Below the pieces are notes generated by a model. The model saw nothing but the letters and a program-made list of their open reading frames with translations, had not been told where the DNA came from and ran no database searches. DNA of 64,000 nt from Saprospiraceae bacterium. GTDB lineage: Bacteria > Bacteroidota > Bacteroidia > Chitinophagales > Saprospiraceae. The stretch is taken from positions 116,308 through 180,307 of the forward strand of contig CBDCUO010000032.1 of the NCBI GenBank assembly GCA_965222705.1. Direction: 5' to 3'. Position 1 is the first letter of the stretch. Each line of letters opens with the position of its first letter. Made by a program: the position numbers and the translations under genes. Of the stretch, positions 19,748-29,143 are shown in pieces.

Positions 19748-20305
19748 AAAGGAAAAAGATTTTATACAGTGTAACGTAATGAGATATCATAATTCTTCTT
19801 ATCGGGATAATCAGAAATAAAAAACTCGATAGAAGCATCACACAGGAAATAGTTATTTGATTATTTAAGATAAATGCCACGGGGATATTTGTAAATAAAA
19901 ATGTAAGACCTGATAGCTAAATTATTACAAAATATTTGCTGATTCATGGATGAGTTTTTAATACTGAGGCTTTATGTTTCGGAATAAAAACACTCAAATT
20001 TCCGCCTTTGCTTTTATCTGCCCTATATAAATGCAGCATATAGGTTAAAAAGTTCTTTTGCGAACTCGGTGTAAAAAGAATGATGAAAATTAAAATATTT
20101 TTATTGGCAATCTTATCTTTTTGCATTTTTTATGCTACATCGAAATTGCTCAAAGAACAAAAAATTACAATTCATTTATTTGAATAAAGCCATAATTAGT
20201 GCGTCAATGGTCTTAAATACAAAGATTTGTCAAAGTTGGCACGTTTTTGTCATATGTAAAAAATTAAAATGTAAGATTCGCTAATTATCCCAAACTCCGT
20301 TCGTA

Positions 20306-22921
20306 ATGAATAAGATTGTTACTGTTCTTATCGCAGGTCTATTACTATTGACATCTGCAATGTATTCTCAAACTTCCTTTTCCATAAATCCTTCTGTTAT
20401 TAATGGCAATGTTGGCGAAACGGTCACCGTAGAAGTAATCGTGAATGGTTTTACAGATATTGTCAGTATGCAATATGCCCTTAAATGGGACCCTGCAGTC
20501 ATCAAATTTGCGTCCGTAGGAGATTTTAATCTGGACTTTTTACTAGCTTCCAATTTTAACGTTAATACAGCTAATACAGATTTAGGAATTCTGCCGCTTT
20601 CCTGGTTTGATAATAATACGGTAGGTATCACAGTAGCAGATGGAACGGCTATTTTTTCTGTGAGTTTTGTGGTCCAGGAGGGCAATAATTCCGGTTCCAC
20701 GATTACTTTTTCGGAGGCAACCAACTTAATTATCGAAATAACAGATGCTAATGGAGATATTACCAATACAGTGACTTTCAACGATGGCCAATTCGGTGAT
20801 CCCAATAATAACGGGGGAGGGAATACAACTCCTTTGATTTCAAGTATTTCAAGTGGGTCGGGTGCAAGTGGTGGAACGGTGTGCCTAAATGTGTCGGTTT
20901 CTAATTTTACAGATATTACGGAAATGCAATATTCGCTCAACTGGAATCCTGCCGTGCTTCAGTTTGCCGAAATAAGAAATATGAATCTGACAGGCTTAAC
21001 GCAAGCTAGCTTTGAAACGACCCAAACAGCCAATGGGCAATTATCGGTGGATTGGTCTAATGCATCCGGGCATTCTGTTGCTAATGGCACAATTATATAT
21101 CAAGTATGTTTTAATTTGATTGGAGAAGGGGGCACTAGCTCTGCTGTTTCCTTTTCTAGCTCCCCAACCCCTATTTCTGTCACGACTACCGCTTCTGCCA
21201 CTTCGGTTGGCATAAGTGGGAGTAATGGTACTATTGGGGTGACAGGCGGCAGCAGCTCTACCGATTTTAGATTGCTTGCTTCTGCAGAAACGGGAAATTC
21301 AGGCGAAACGGTTTGTGTACAAATTTCTACCCAAAATTTTACAGATATTGTCAGTATGCAGTACAGTATGAATTGGAATTCGGCAGTATTGCAGTTTGAC
21401 ACCATTTTGGGGGCTAATTTAAATGGATTATCTTTTGGAAGTTTTAATGGAGCGGTTCCTGGAGAACTCCGATTTACTTGGGATGATCCCTTGGCACAAG
21501 GAATTACTTTGGCAGATAATACAGTCATCTATGAGGTGTGTTTTACTATTGTAGGGTCGGGGGGATCTAGTACCAATATAAATTTTACAAACTCTCCCAC
21601 ACCGATTGAAATCATAGATGGAACTAACAATGAAGTGCCTTTTAATAGTACTGCTGGAGCAGTAACAGTCCTAAGCGGGACAGGTACTTCTACTGATTTT
21701 AGATTAATTGGCTCTACGGAAACAGCAGAGGCTGGCGAAACGGTTTGTGTACAAGTTTCTACCCAAAATTTTGACGATATTATTAGTATGCAATACAGCA
21801 TGAATTGGAACCCTGCTGTATTGCAATACGATACCATTCTGGGAATTAATCTGAATGGTCTATCGGTTGGAAATTTTAACCCATCTGTGGCTGGTGAGCT
21901 TCGATTTACCTGGGATGACCCCCTGGCGCAAGGGATTACTTTGGCAGACAATACCGTTATTTATGAGGTGTGTTTTGTAGCAGTTGGTTCGGCAGGAAAC
22001 AGTTCTACCGTAAGTTTTTCCAGCTCTCCAACGCCCATAGAAATTATAGATGGAGCGAGTAATGAAGTACCGTTTTTTAGCACTGCAGGGCTAGTAACCG
22101 TAGTAAGTGGGGGCGATGGAGGAGGGCCGGACTCGAGTGCGGTTTTTAATGTTGCAGATACGACGGCAGTACCAGGAAGCAATATATGTGTACCTGTTAC
22201 TTTGACTAATTTTACAAACATACTTGGGTTTCAATTTTCTATGAATTGGGATCCTATGGTGATTCAATTTGATACGATTATGAATTTTGGACTGGATGGA
22301 TTGACTGGGGGCAATTTTAATACGGTGGTACCAGATGATGGAACGCTTAGAGCGACCTGGACAGACCCACTGGGCACGGGTGCTTCGGTAAGTGACGGGA
22401 CAATTGCTTTTGAAATTTGCTTTGACGTAATTGGGGCCGATGGAACCAGTTCAAATTTGGCATTTACCAATACACCCATTGCTCAAGAGTTGGTAGATAA
22501 TTCAGGAACAATTGACTTTCTGGCTAATGACGGAAGCATAACGGTAAATAACGATGTGATTATCCCTCCTATAGAGCTTACTGTCATGTTTTCAGACGCA
22601 AGTGTCACAACAGGAGAATCTGTATGCTTACCGGTGACTGTTAATGGTTTTACCAATATTGAAGGAATGCAATATAGCATGAATTGGGACCCTGCCGTAT
22701 TGCAGTATGATACTGTTCGAGGCTTTAATTTGACAGGATTGACAGCAGCGAGTTTTAATAATTCCGATCCTGGAGCTTTGAGATTGCTTTGGCAAGACCC
22801 GAATGCCCAAGGAATAAGCATTGATGATGGTGTGGCTATTTACGAGGTTTGCTTTATTGCGGTGGGAGCGGGAGGCACTAGTACAGACATAGGGTTTTTC
22901 GGGTACACCTCTAGCCATTGA
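20306..22921 (+). CDS. N-terminal part of a frameshifted ~1757-aa multi-cohesin surface scaffold (six modules)
   Basis: It has a signal peptide and six tandem ~140-150-aa modules (GETVCVQ(I/V)STQNF.DI(V/I)SMQYSMNWNPAVLQ(F/Y)DTI...). The ORF stops 8 codons after a T5 tract (22895-22899), in the middle of module six. Confidence 0.8.
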   Translation: MNKIVTVLIAGLLLLTSAMYSQTSFSINPSVINGNVGETVTVEVIVNGFTDIVSMQYALKWDPAVIKFASVGDFNLDFLLASNFNVNTANTDLGILPLSWFDNNTVGITVADGTAIFSVSFVVQEGNNSGSTITFSEATNLIIEITDANGDITNTVTFNDGQFGDPNNNGGGNTTPLISSISSGSGASGGTVCLNVSVSNFTDITEMQYSLNWNPAVLQFAEIRNMNLTGLTQASFETTQTANGQLSVDWSNASGHSVANGTIIYQVCFNLIGEGGTSSAVSFSSSPTPISVTTTASATSVGISGSNGTIGVTGGSSSTDFRLLASAETGNSGETVCVQISTQNFTDIVSMQYSMNWNSAVLQFDTILGANLNGLSFGSFNGAVPGELRFTWDDPLAQGITLADNTVIYEVCFTIVGSGGSSTNINFTNSPTPIEIIDGTNNEVPFNSTAGAVTVLSGTGTSTDFRLIGSTETAEAGETVCVQVSTQNFDDIISMQYSMNWNPAVLQYDTILGINLNGLSVGNFNPSVAGELRFTWDDPLAQGITLADNTVIYEVCFVAVGSAGNSSTVSFSSSPTPIEIIDGASNEVPFFSTAGLVTVVSGGDGGGPDSSAVFNVADTTAVPGSNICVPVTLTNFTNILGFQFSMNWDPMVIQFDTIMNFGLDGLTGGNFNTVVPDDGTLRATWTDPLGTGASVSDGTIAFEICFDVIGADGTSSNLAFTNTPIAQELVDNSGTIDFLANDGSITVNNDVIIPPIELTVMFSDASVTTGESVCLPVTVNGFTNIEGMQYSMNWDPAVLQYDTVRGFNLTGLTAASFNNSDPGALRLLWQDPNAQGISIDDGVAIYEVCFIAVGAGGTSTDIGFFGYTSSH

Positions 22922-23412
22922 AATAATCGGAACTGCACAGACGGTTAATTTTAATAGCCAATCCGCAACCGTATTAGTTACAGAAGAAATAATGCCGCCG
23001 GAGGAAGGTATATTTAATGTAGCCTCGGTTACTTCCCTAGAATCTAATGTTTGTATTCCAATTACTTTAAATGATTTTGCAGACATACTGGGTTTTCAGT
23101 TTTCTATGTCCTGGGATACAGCCGTCATTCGGTTTGATACAATCATAAATTTTGGGCTATCGGGCTTGTCAGGCGGTAATTTTAATACGAGAATGCCAGA
23201 TAATGGGACGCTTCGATCAACTTGGACAGACCCACTCGGTACAGGGGTGTCTGTTGATAATGGGACAGTTGCTTTTGAGTTATGCTTTAATGTAGTGGGG
23301 GAAGAGGGTGAAAGTTCAGTAATTGCATTTACTAATACGCCCATTGTTCAGGAGTTAATAGCCAATAGTGGTGCAGTTGATTTTACTTCAAAAAGCGGAA
23401 CCTTTACAATTG
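20378..23412 (+). repeat. Seven in-frame tandem cohesin-like modules (~420-450 bp each)
   Basis: Modules 3/4 and 5/7 are especially similar at the peptide level, for example TWDDPLAQGITLADNTVIYEVCF in both 3 and 4. Confidence 0.75.
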
Positions 23413-25580
23413 GAGATCCAGGAAACCAGTGTCCCGGACCTATTTCTGCCATACCTAATGCTCCAAATAATGTAAGCTGTAATGGAGCTAATGATGGCAG
23501 TATCAGTTTGGTAGTAAGTGGTGGCAACGGGGTTTATAATTATCAATGGAGCGATCCAAATATTGGCAATACGCCCAACCCAACCGACTTAGCACCGGGG
23601 GTTTATAATGTGACTATTACGAGCTGTGGAGGGCAAGAAGTAGTCGATAACCTTCCCGCTTCTTTACTAACAATCACAGAACCTTCTGATATAACTACGG
23701 TAGTTACGCCACAGGATGCCACTTGTGCAGGCGAAGCTAATGGCAGAATTAATGTGTCCATTGAAGGGGGAACCGCAGATTATGATTATGAGTGGAGTGA
23801 TGCTACTTTGGCGCCTTTAAATAGACCGGTCAATGCACTTCCAGGTACTTATAGTTTGATCGTTACGGATGCCAATGGTTGTATGGATACTACAGAAAAT
23901 ATTGTGATAGGGGCTCCTGCTGCAATTGCTGTGTCTGTAGAAACCACCAATGCTACTTGCAGTGGTAATCCTGACGGAACAGCAACCTTGAGTGCTTCTG
24001 GTGGTTCTGGGGAACCGTATAATTTTGACTGGGGCGTAGGAGGCATTACAGGAGCAAACCCCATGAATGTTCCATCGGGTGATTATACAGTGACAGTTAC
24101 AGATGATAACCAATGTACCAACTCCTTTACCGTATCTGTGGGGGCTGATACAGTTCTTTCAGGGACATTTCAAGCGATAGAAGACGCTTGTGGCGACAAC
24201 AAAGGCGCCATTAATGTTATACCTTCCGGAGGCATAGAGCCTTATACCTATACATGGGAAGGCCCCGTTGATATAGGTAATGTTTCTATGCCATTGAATA
24301 TTCCTATGGGAAATTATAACGTTACAGCGACGGATGTCAATGGCTGCTTTTTTACTATTAATAATATAGAAGTTAATGGGCCCTCCTCTGTGCTTGCGGT
24401 GAGCGAAACTATCCAAAGTCCTAACTGTTTGGAAGATACTAATGGCTCCATTAGTCTTAGTCCTTCGGGGGGATTCGCTCCTTACACCTATGAATGGAAC
24501 CCCGATCAAAGCGATAGTTCGATTTTGAACAATACAGGTGTGGGGACCTATACCGTAACTATAACGGATAGTAAAGCATGTACTTTGGTAAGGAGCTATA
24601 CGGTCAATTCTATTTCCAGTTTAGAGGTTGATGTCACAGTAGTAGGCAGGGAAGCCACAGCAGTTGCCTCAGGTGGGGTAACTCCTTATAGTTATGCGTG
24701 GTGTTTGCCAGATTCGACTGGAGAAAGCGTGGCTGGACTGAGCGAAGGGGATTGTAGTGTCACGGTAAGCGATGCACAAGGCTGTGAAGCCATTCAATCT
24801 TTCGAAGTATCAGCAGACACGCTTGTCGCTCGGGTATTAGCGCCAGGCCCGGTTAGTTGTAATGGTGCAGAAGATGGCATTTTACAAGCAATGGGTACAG
24901 GCGGAACTCCCCCCTATAATTATTTGTGGAGCAATGGAGCCACTAGTGATATTTTAATGAATGTAGGAGCGGGCAATTATACGGTGACGATTACTGATAA
25001 TCTCGGCGAAACCCAGGTCACTTCTTTTACATTAAATGCCCCTGATCCTATTATCATTAGCACGAATGAATTGCAACCTTCCTGTGTAAATGATGGAAGA
25101 ATAGAAATTGGGATTAGTGGAGGTACTATGCCTTATCGAACGGTATGGTCCAATGGAGAAACTGGTGTTTTATCAATTAATGGCTTGAATTTTGGCGACT
25201 ATGGAGTCGTGGTTACAGATGATAACGATTGTGTAGAGGAGGAAAGTTTTACCATTACTGTTAGCACGGATCCGAGTTGTAGAGAATGCTTTAAGGCGAT
25301 TCCGGTTATTACACCTAACGATGATGCAGTAAACGATGATTTTATCATCAATTGTGTTGGCACTGCTCCTAATAATCGCTTAGAAATTTATAACAGATGG
25401 GGTGAATTGGTCTTTGAAATGGATAATTATGCTTGTGAAAGCCCTGGTCAAGCGGGTTGTTGGCAAGGAGAAAGGCGAGGTATTCCACTACCCCCTGGAG
25501 GTTATTTTTGGGTGCTGGAATATGATGGCCCCAATGGAAGAGTACGAATCAGGGATCACGTAACTATTAGACGAGATTAA
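22992..25580 (+). CDS. C-terminal part of the same scaffold: seventh cohesin-like module, ~8 SprB-type repeats, T9SS type-B CTD
   Basis: This frame is open from 22893 and reads GFSGTPLAIEIIG, which completes module six. SprB repeats are present (CNGANDGSISLVVSGGNGVYNYQWSD and others). The CTD is ITPNDDAVNDDF..IYNRWGELVF..GGYFWVLEY. Confidence 0.8.
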   Translation: MPPEEGIFNVASVTSLESNVCIPITLNDFADILGFQFSMSWDTAVIRFDTIINFGLSGLSGGNFNTRMPDNGTLRSTWTDPLGTGVSVDNGTVAFELCFNVVGEEGESSVIAFTNTPIVQELIANSGAVDFTSKSGTFTIGDPGNQCPGPISAIPNAPNNVSCNGANDGSISLVVSGGNGVYNYQWSDPNIGNTPNPTDLAPGVYNVTITSCGGQEVVDNLPASLLTITEPSDITTVVTPQDATCAGEANGRINVSIEGGTADYDYEWSDATLAPLNRPVNALPGTYSLIVTDANGCMDTTENIVIGAPAAIAVSVETTNATCSGNPDGTATLSASGGSGEPYNFDWGVGGITGANPMNVPSGDYTVTVTDDNQCTNSFTVSVGADTVLSGTFQAIEDACGDNKGAINVIPSGGIEPYTYTWEGPVDIGNVSMPLNIPMGNYNVTATDVNGCFFTINNIEVNGPSSVLAVSETIQSPNCLEDTNGSISLSPSGGFAPYTYEWNPDQSDSSILNNTGVGTYTVTITDSKACTLVRSYTVNSISSLEVDVTVVGREATAVASGGVTPYSYAWCLPDSTGESVAGLSEGDCSVTVSDAQGCEAIQSFEVSADTLVARVLAPGPVSCNGAEDGILQAMGTGGTPPYNYLWSNGATSDILMNVGAGNYTVTITDNLGETQVTSFTLNAPDPIIISTNELQPSCVNDGRIEIGISGGTMPYRTVWSNGETGVLSINGLNFGDYGVVVTDDNDCVEEESFTITVSTDPSCRECFKAIPVITPNDDAVNDDFIINCVGTAPNNRLEIYNRWGELVFEMDNYACESPGQAGCWQGERRGIPLPPGGYFWVLEYDGPNGRVRIRDHVTIRRD

Positions 25581-25654
25581 AATAAGGGTACATTTTCAAA
25601 ATGTTGATCGAATAATAGATGAAATATTATTCCCAAAAGCTTAATTTATTTATA

Positions 25655-26587
25655 ATGAAAAAAACTATACTCTTTGTATTTGTATTATTTAGCCTGGGGA
25701 TTTATGCTCAGGAACAATCTGCTTTTACCCATTATCATATCAATCCCTTACTAATTAACCCTGCTTCGGCTGGAGTAAGTGGGAAGCATCAACTGATGCT
25801 CAATTTTCGAAACCAATGGACGGGATTCCCTGGTGCGCCGAAAACGCTTGCTTTCTCCTATGACGGACCAATTGGCAAGACTTTTGGAATAGGAGCGACC
25901 ATTTACTCGGAGGATATTGCTTCTATTAGCCGTTTTAGGGCAGCGATTAATTATGCGTTTCGTTATCAGTTGGATAAATTAAAAGTAGGCTTTGGTTTTA
26001 CGACCGAATTCAGCCAGGAGCGATTACCTGGTGACTTATTGACTAATAATACCGATTTTTATATAAATACCGATAATATCTTGAATGACGGTATTGACGG
26101 CGTGAATGAATTTGACGCAACGTTGGGCTTTTTTGGAATATATAATGACCAAACCTGGTTCGGCATTGCTTTCCCAAATATCATTAATGCTCGTTTGGAC
26201 GGGACGGTGACGGATAATCGAGACCAAACAGAGGGTTATTATCTATTTAATATGGGTCATCGCTTTAAATCTCGCCAATATGGTTTTATCTTAGAGCCTT
26301 CAATTTTGTTGCGGAAGGCTCGGTATGTGCCTTTTCAGGCGGATATTAATCTAAAAGGCTATTTTATAGATGAGCAACTAATTGGTGGACTGTCCTATCG
26401 AGGCGGCTCCAGAGGGGCTATAGGGATTTTGGTCGGAACGAAATTATCTAACTTTGGCTTTTATTATTCTTTTGATGTATCCTTCAAGCGATTTCAGCGA
26501 TATAATAATGGCTCGCACGAAGTTACAGTAGCTTTTAGTTTTGCCAGAAAAGAAAAACCCGTCGTCAACGGAACGACAAATAATTGA
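25655..26587 (+). CDS. PorP/SprF-family T9SS outer-membrane protein, cognate partner of the upstream type-B cargo
   Basis: It has a signal peptide MKKTILFVFVLFSLGIYAQ followed by the family N-terminus QSAFTHYHINPLLINPASAGV, and is about 310 aa and beta-rich. It lies immediately 3' of a type-B CTD gene. The internal ATG at 25655 is preferred. Confidence 0.85.
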   Translation: MKKTILFVFVLFSLGIYAQEQSAFTHYHINPLLINPASAGVSGKHQLMLNFRNQWTGFPGAPKTLAFSYDGPIGKTFGIGATIYSEDIASISRFRAAINYAFRYQLDKLKVGFGFTTEFSQERLPGDLLTNNTDFYINTDNILNDGIDGVNEFDATLGFFGIYNDQTWFGIAFPNIINARLDGTVTDNRDQTEGYYLFNMGHRFKSRQYGFILEPSILLRKARYVPFQADINLKGYFIDEQLIGGLSYRGGSRGAIGILVGTKLSNFGFYYSFDVSFKRFQRYNNGSHEVTVAFSFARKEKPVVNGTTNN

Positions 26588-26694
26588 ACCAATTGATAGT
26601 TAAGAAAAGTCGAAGCTAGGAAAAAAAGAATTTTAGAAATGTACTCCTCTACATAAAGACGTAAGATGTCCTTTAACAATTGGTTTTTGGGATG

Positions 26695-26727
26695 GCCCCT
26701 CTCGACAAGAGAGGGGCTTCTCTTTTT
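26695..26727 (+). terminator. Intrinsic terminator between convergent PorP/SprF and gldG
   Basis: A 9-bp GC-rich stem GCCCCTCTC/GAGAGGGGC with a 5-nt loop is followed by TTCTCTTTTT. Confidence 0.65.
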
Positions 26728-26772
26728 GAGTATTTTTTTTAATCATTCCCTTAACCGCTCTGATACCAATCC

Positions 26773-28278
26773 TTAAGCATATTTTTCCTGCATTCGTTTC
26801 ATCCGCTTATTTCGCTGCATCGTCGAACGTATAACGCCATAAACCAAAACCAAAAGTAAGGGTAGGCCAAAGTTCAGGTATTTCCAAAAATTTCGTTTAC
26901 TTGCATTTTCATCGCCTAGGTATTCGCTTTTTATAGGGCGGGAAGCGACTCCTTTTGTGCGCAATTCTATCAAGCCAGTATCGTCAGATAACCAATCAAT
27001 ACTATTGACCAATAGGCTGGAATTATCGGAACGTTGTCCACCTCTTTGCTGACCACTTACGGCAAAGTCCCCATCGCCAAAAACGACCAGTTTTCCACTA
27101 GAAATACCGTTTTCTAAAATGCCTCCAACTACTAAATTAGATAAGGGCAAATCTGCTGAGGTCCACTGTTTTTGCACGTCGAACATCAAAGGCGGTTTTA
27201 GAGTTCCTGCTCGCTCCGAAGAAAAGGCAATAGGGGTGAATATAGCAGAGCTATCCCCCGTAAATCGAATTGGGCTGGCAAAGGGCATCATCATTTGTTC
27301 TAGCCCTTTGGTGATTGGATGCTCCGCGAAATTGGAAATCATAGGTAAAAAGGGAAAACTAACGGGCGTATTCATCAAAAAAGGCCCTTGTCGTTGCTGA
27401 ACGGTCACACTACCACAGGCTGCATCAATCAAAAAACTACCCTCCACCTCGATTCCTTTAGCAGCGAGCCAGGTCTCTAGACTCGTGGTTACTTCTGTGC
27501 CTTGTGCAGTTGATAAATCTCCGTGGACTCGATTAATAGCCACTAAAATTTTCCCTCCTCTATTATAATAATCATCCAATTTGGCAAAATGATCAGGAGG
27601 AATAGAATCTTTTGGTGCAATAAATGCAACTGCCCTAAAGCGATCTGCAATGCTGGTTTCTGTATTTAAATCAATGTTTTCTACCGTATATAAAATAGAC
27701 AAGGATTGATAAGCTTCTTGCAAATCGGATAGGGAAGGTGCCCCATACCCCTGAATCAAGCCCACCGAGGGTTTTTCTAATACACTTATTTTTTTAATAC
27801 TGGTAGAAAGGGTGTATTCCATACCCGAGCCGGATACCAAAACGGGGATAATCTCTTGTTGGTCGCCCGACTTCATCACCGCTCCCGAAAAGACACGCTG
27901 TTGCTTGGACTGATCTTTTTCTCTCACCTGCACCATCAATGGCTGAATACCATTTTGCATAGCTTCTTGCTGCTTGGCTTCACTTTCTCCGGGGTCTATA
28001 AATTCGTAATCAATCATTCCTTTGGACAAAGTGGAATACTCGAACAACATCTCCTGGAAGTCCTCCTTGACCTTTTTCATTTGTTGGGGCATATCTTCTG
28101 AAAAATAGGCAGAAATGGTGATAGGGTCTTCCAGATTACCAATAATATCTTTGGTTGCTTTACTCAGTGTAAATTCTTTATCTTCTGTCAAATCCAGCCG
28201 ATAAAAAAAACGCTTGGATAAGATATTGACCAGTATTAAAATTCCGATAATCAAAAAAATAGAGATAGAATTTTTCAT
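26773..28278 (-). CDS. gldG: Gliding-motility ABC transporter auxiliary component GldG-like
   Basis: It has N- and C-terminal TM anchors flanking a large extracytoplasmic domain. It sits last in an ABC ATPase / ABC-2 permease operon in a Bacteroidota context. Confidence 0.65.
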   Translation of the reverse strand: MKNSISIFLIIGILILVNILSKRFFYRLDLTEDKEFTLSKATKDIIGNLEDPITISAYFSEDMPQQMKKVKEDFQEMLFEYSTLSKGMIDYEFIDPGESEAKQQEAMQNGIQPLMVQVREKDQSKQQRVFSGAVMKSGDQQEIIPVLVSGSGMEYTLSTSIKKISVLEKPSVGLIQGYGAPSLSDLQEAYQSLSILYTVENIDLNTETSIADRFRAVAFIAPKDSIPPDHFAKLDDYYNRGGKILVAINRVHGDLSTAQGTEVTTSLETWLAAKGIEVEGSFLIDAACGSVTVQQRQGPFLMNTPVSFPFLPMISNFAEHPITKGLEQMMMPFASPIRFTGDSSAIFTPIAFSSERAGTLKPPLMFDVQKQWTSADLPLSNLVVGGILENGISSGKLVVFGDGDFAVSGQQRGGQRSDNSSLLVNSIDWLSDDTGLIELRTKGVASRPIKSEYLGDENASKRNFWKYLNFGLPLLLVLVYGVIRSTMQRNKRMKRMQEKYA

Positions 28279-28326
28279 TTATTTTTTAATCAATTTTTTA
28301 TGAAAAAAATGATTCAGGGATTATCC

Positions 28327-29043
28327 TTACCCTCGATTCGATATTTTTAATTCTGCCAAAAACAAAAAAAGGAAAATAATAGAGCCGAAGTAAATCAGGT
28401 CTTTAGTATCTAAAACGCCTCTAGAAATGGACTCATAATGGTCTGGAATGCTCAAAGTAGTGATAATATCGCCGACGGTTCCAGATAAATACTGGCCGAT
28501 AAAACCCAGCAACCAAAGAAAAACAACATTAATAAATAACGCTAGTAGAAAAGCGACAATTTGATTTTGAGTTAGACTACTTGCAAAGATGCCAATACTG
28601 GTGAAGGCCGCACTTAATAAAAGCAAGCCAAAGTAGCCGCCGATAATGGCGCCATGATCCACATTACCCAATTGACTCACCGTAAAATAATAGGGAAGTG
28701 TAAAGGCAATTGTGATACAAATCATTAAAAAACAGGCAAGGAATTTTCCCAATACCAATTGTCGATTAGAAATAGCTTTGGTCAACAATAATTCAATCGT
28801 GCCGCTTCGCTTTTCTTCCGCTATTTGCTTCATGGTTAAGGCAGGAACTACAAAGAGTAAAACCAAAGGAGCAATAGAAAAAAATTGATCCAATGTCGCC
28901 TGTTGTCGAATAAATACATCCCCGCCAATAAGCCAAGTAAACAATCCTGCGACAATCAGAAAAATCGCTAAAATAATATAACCAATTAGCGAATTAAAGT
29001 AAGAACTTAACTCTCGTTTTGCAATTACCCAAACTGGATTCAT
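28327..29043 (-). CDS. gldF: ABC-2 type permease, GldF-like
   Basis: The 238-aa protein has six hydrophobic helices and lies between the ATPase and the GldG-like gene. Confidence 0.65.
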   Translation of the reverse strand: MNPVWVIAKRELSSYFNSLIGYIILAIFLIVAGLFTWLIGGDVFIRQQATLDQFFSIAPLVLLFVVPALTMKQIAEEKRSGTIELLLTKAISNRQLVLGKFLACFLMICITIAFTLPYYFTVSQLGNVDHGAIIGGYFGLLLLSAAFTSIGIFASSLTQNQIVAFLLALFINVVFLWLLGFIGQYLSGTVGDIITTLSIPDHYESISRGVLDTKDLIYFGSIIFLFLFLAELKISNRG

Positions 29044-29143
29044 ACTTTTTCTTTTATTTTTTAGTGTTCGTGCTGCATCCCGTTTATTAGGCAGAATGCA
29101 GTGGTAATTTTCGACAGACTAAACCTCACTGTACTTTTGTGCT

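Noticed and set aside
20368-23344. A series of long antisense ORFs (20368..20940, 21100..21528, 21529..21951, 21961..22221, 22264..22479, 22483..22821, 22628..23086, 23096..23344) opposite the cohesin scaffold gene.
   Set aside because: They mirror the sense-strand repeats and have low-complexity S/P/V/T-rich translations with no motifs. The sense frame has clear domain structure. They are typical shadow ORFs of a repetitive gene with few antisense stops.
20378-23412. Regularly spaced DNA repeats that might be mistaken for a CRISPR array or satellite. The same applies to 1..1458 and 53190..56420.
   Set aside because: The units are 228-534 bp, lie in frame within long ORFs and encode recognisable protein modules. 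There is no short (24-48 bp) direct repeat with unique spacers and no cas genes.
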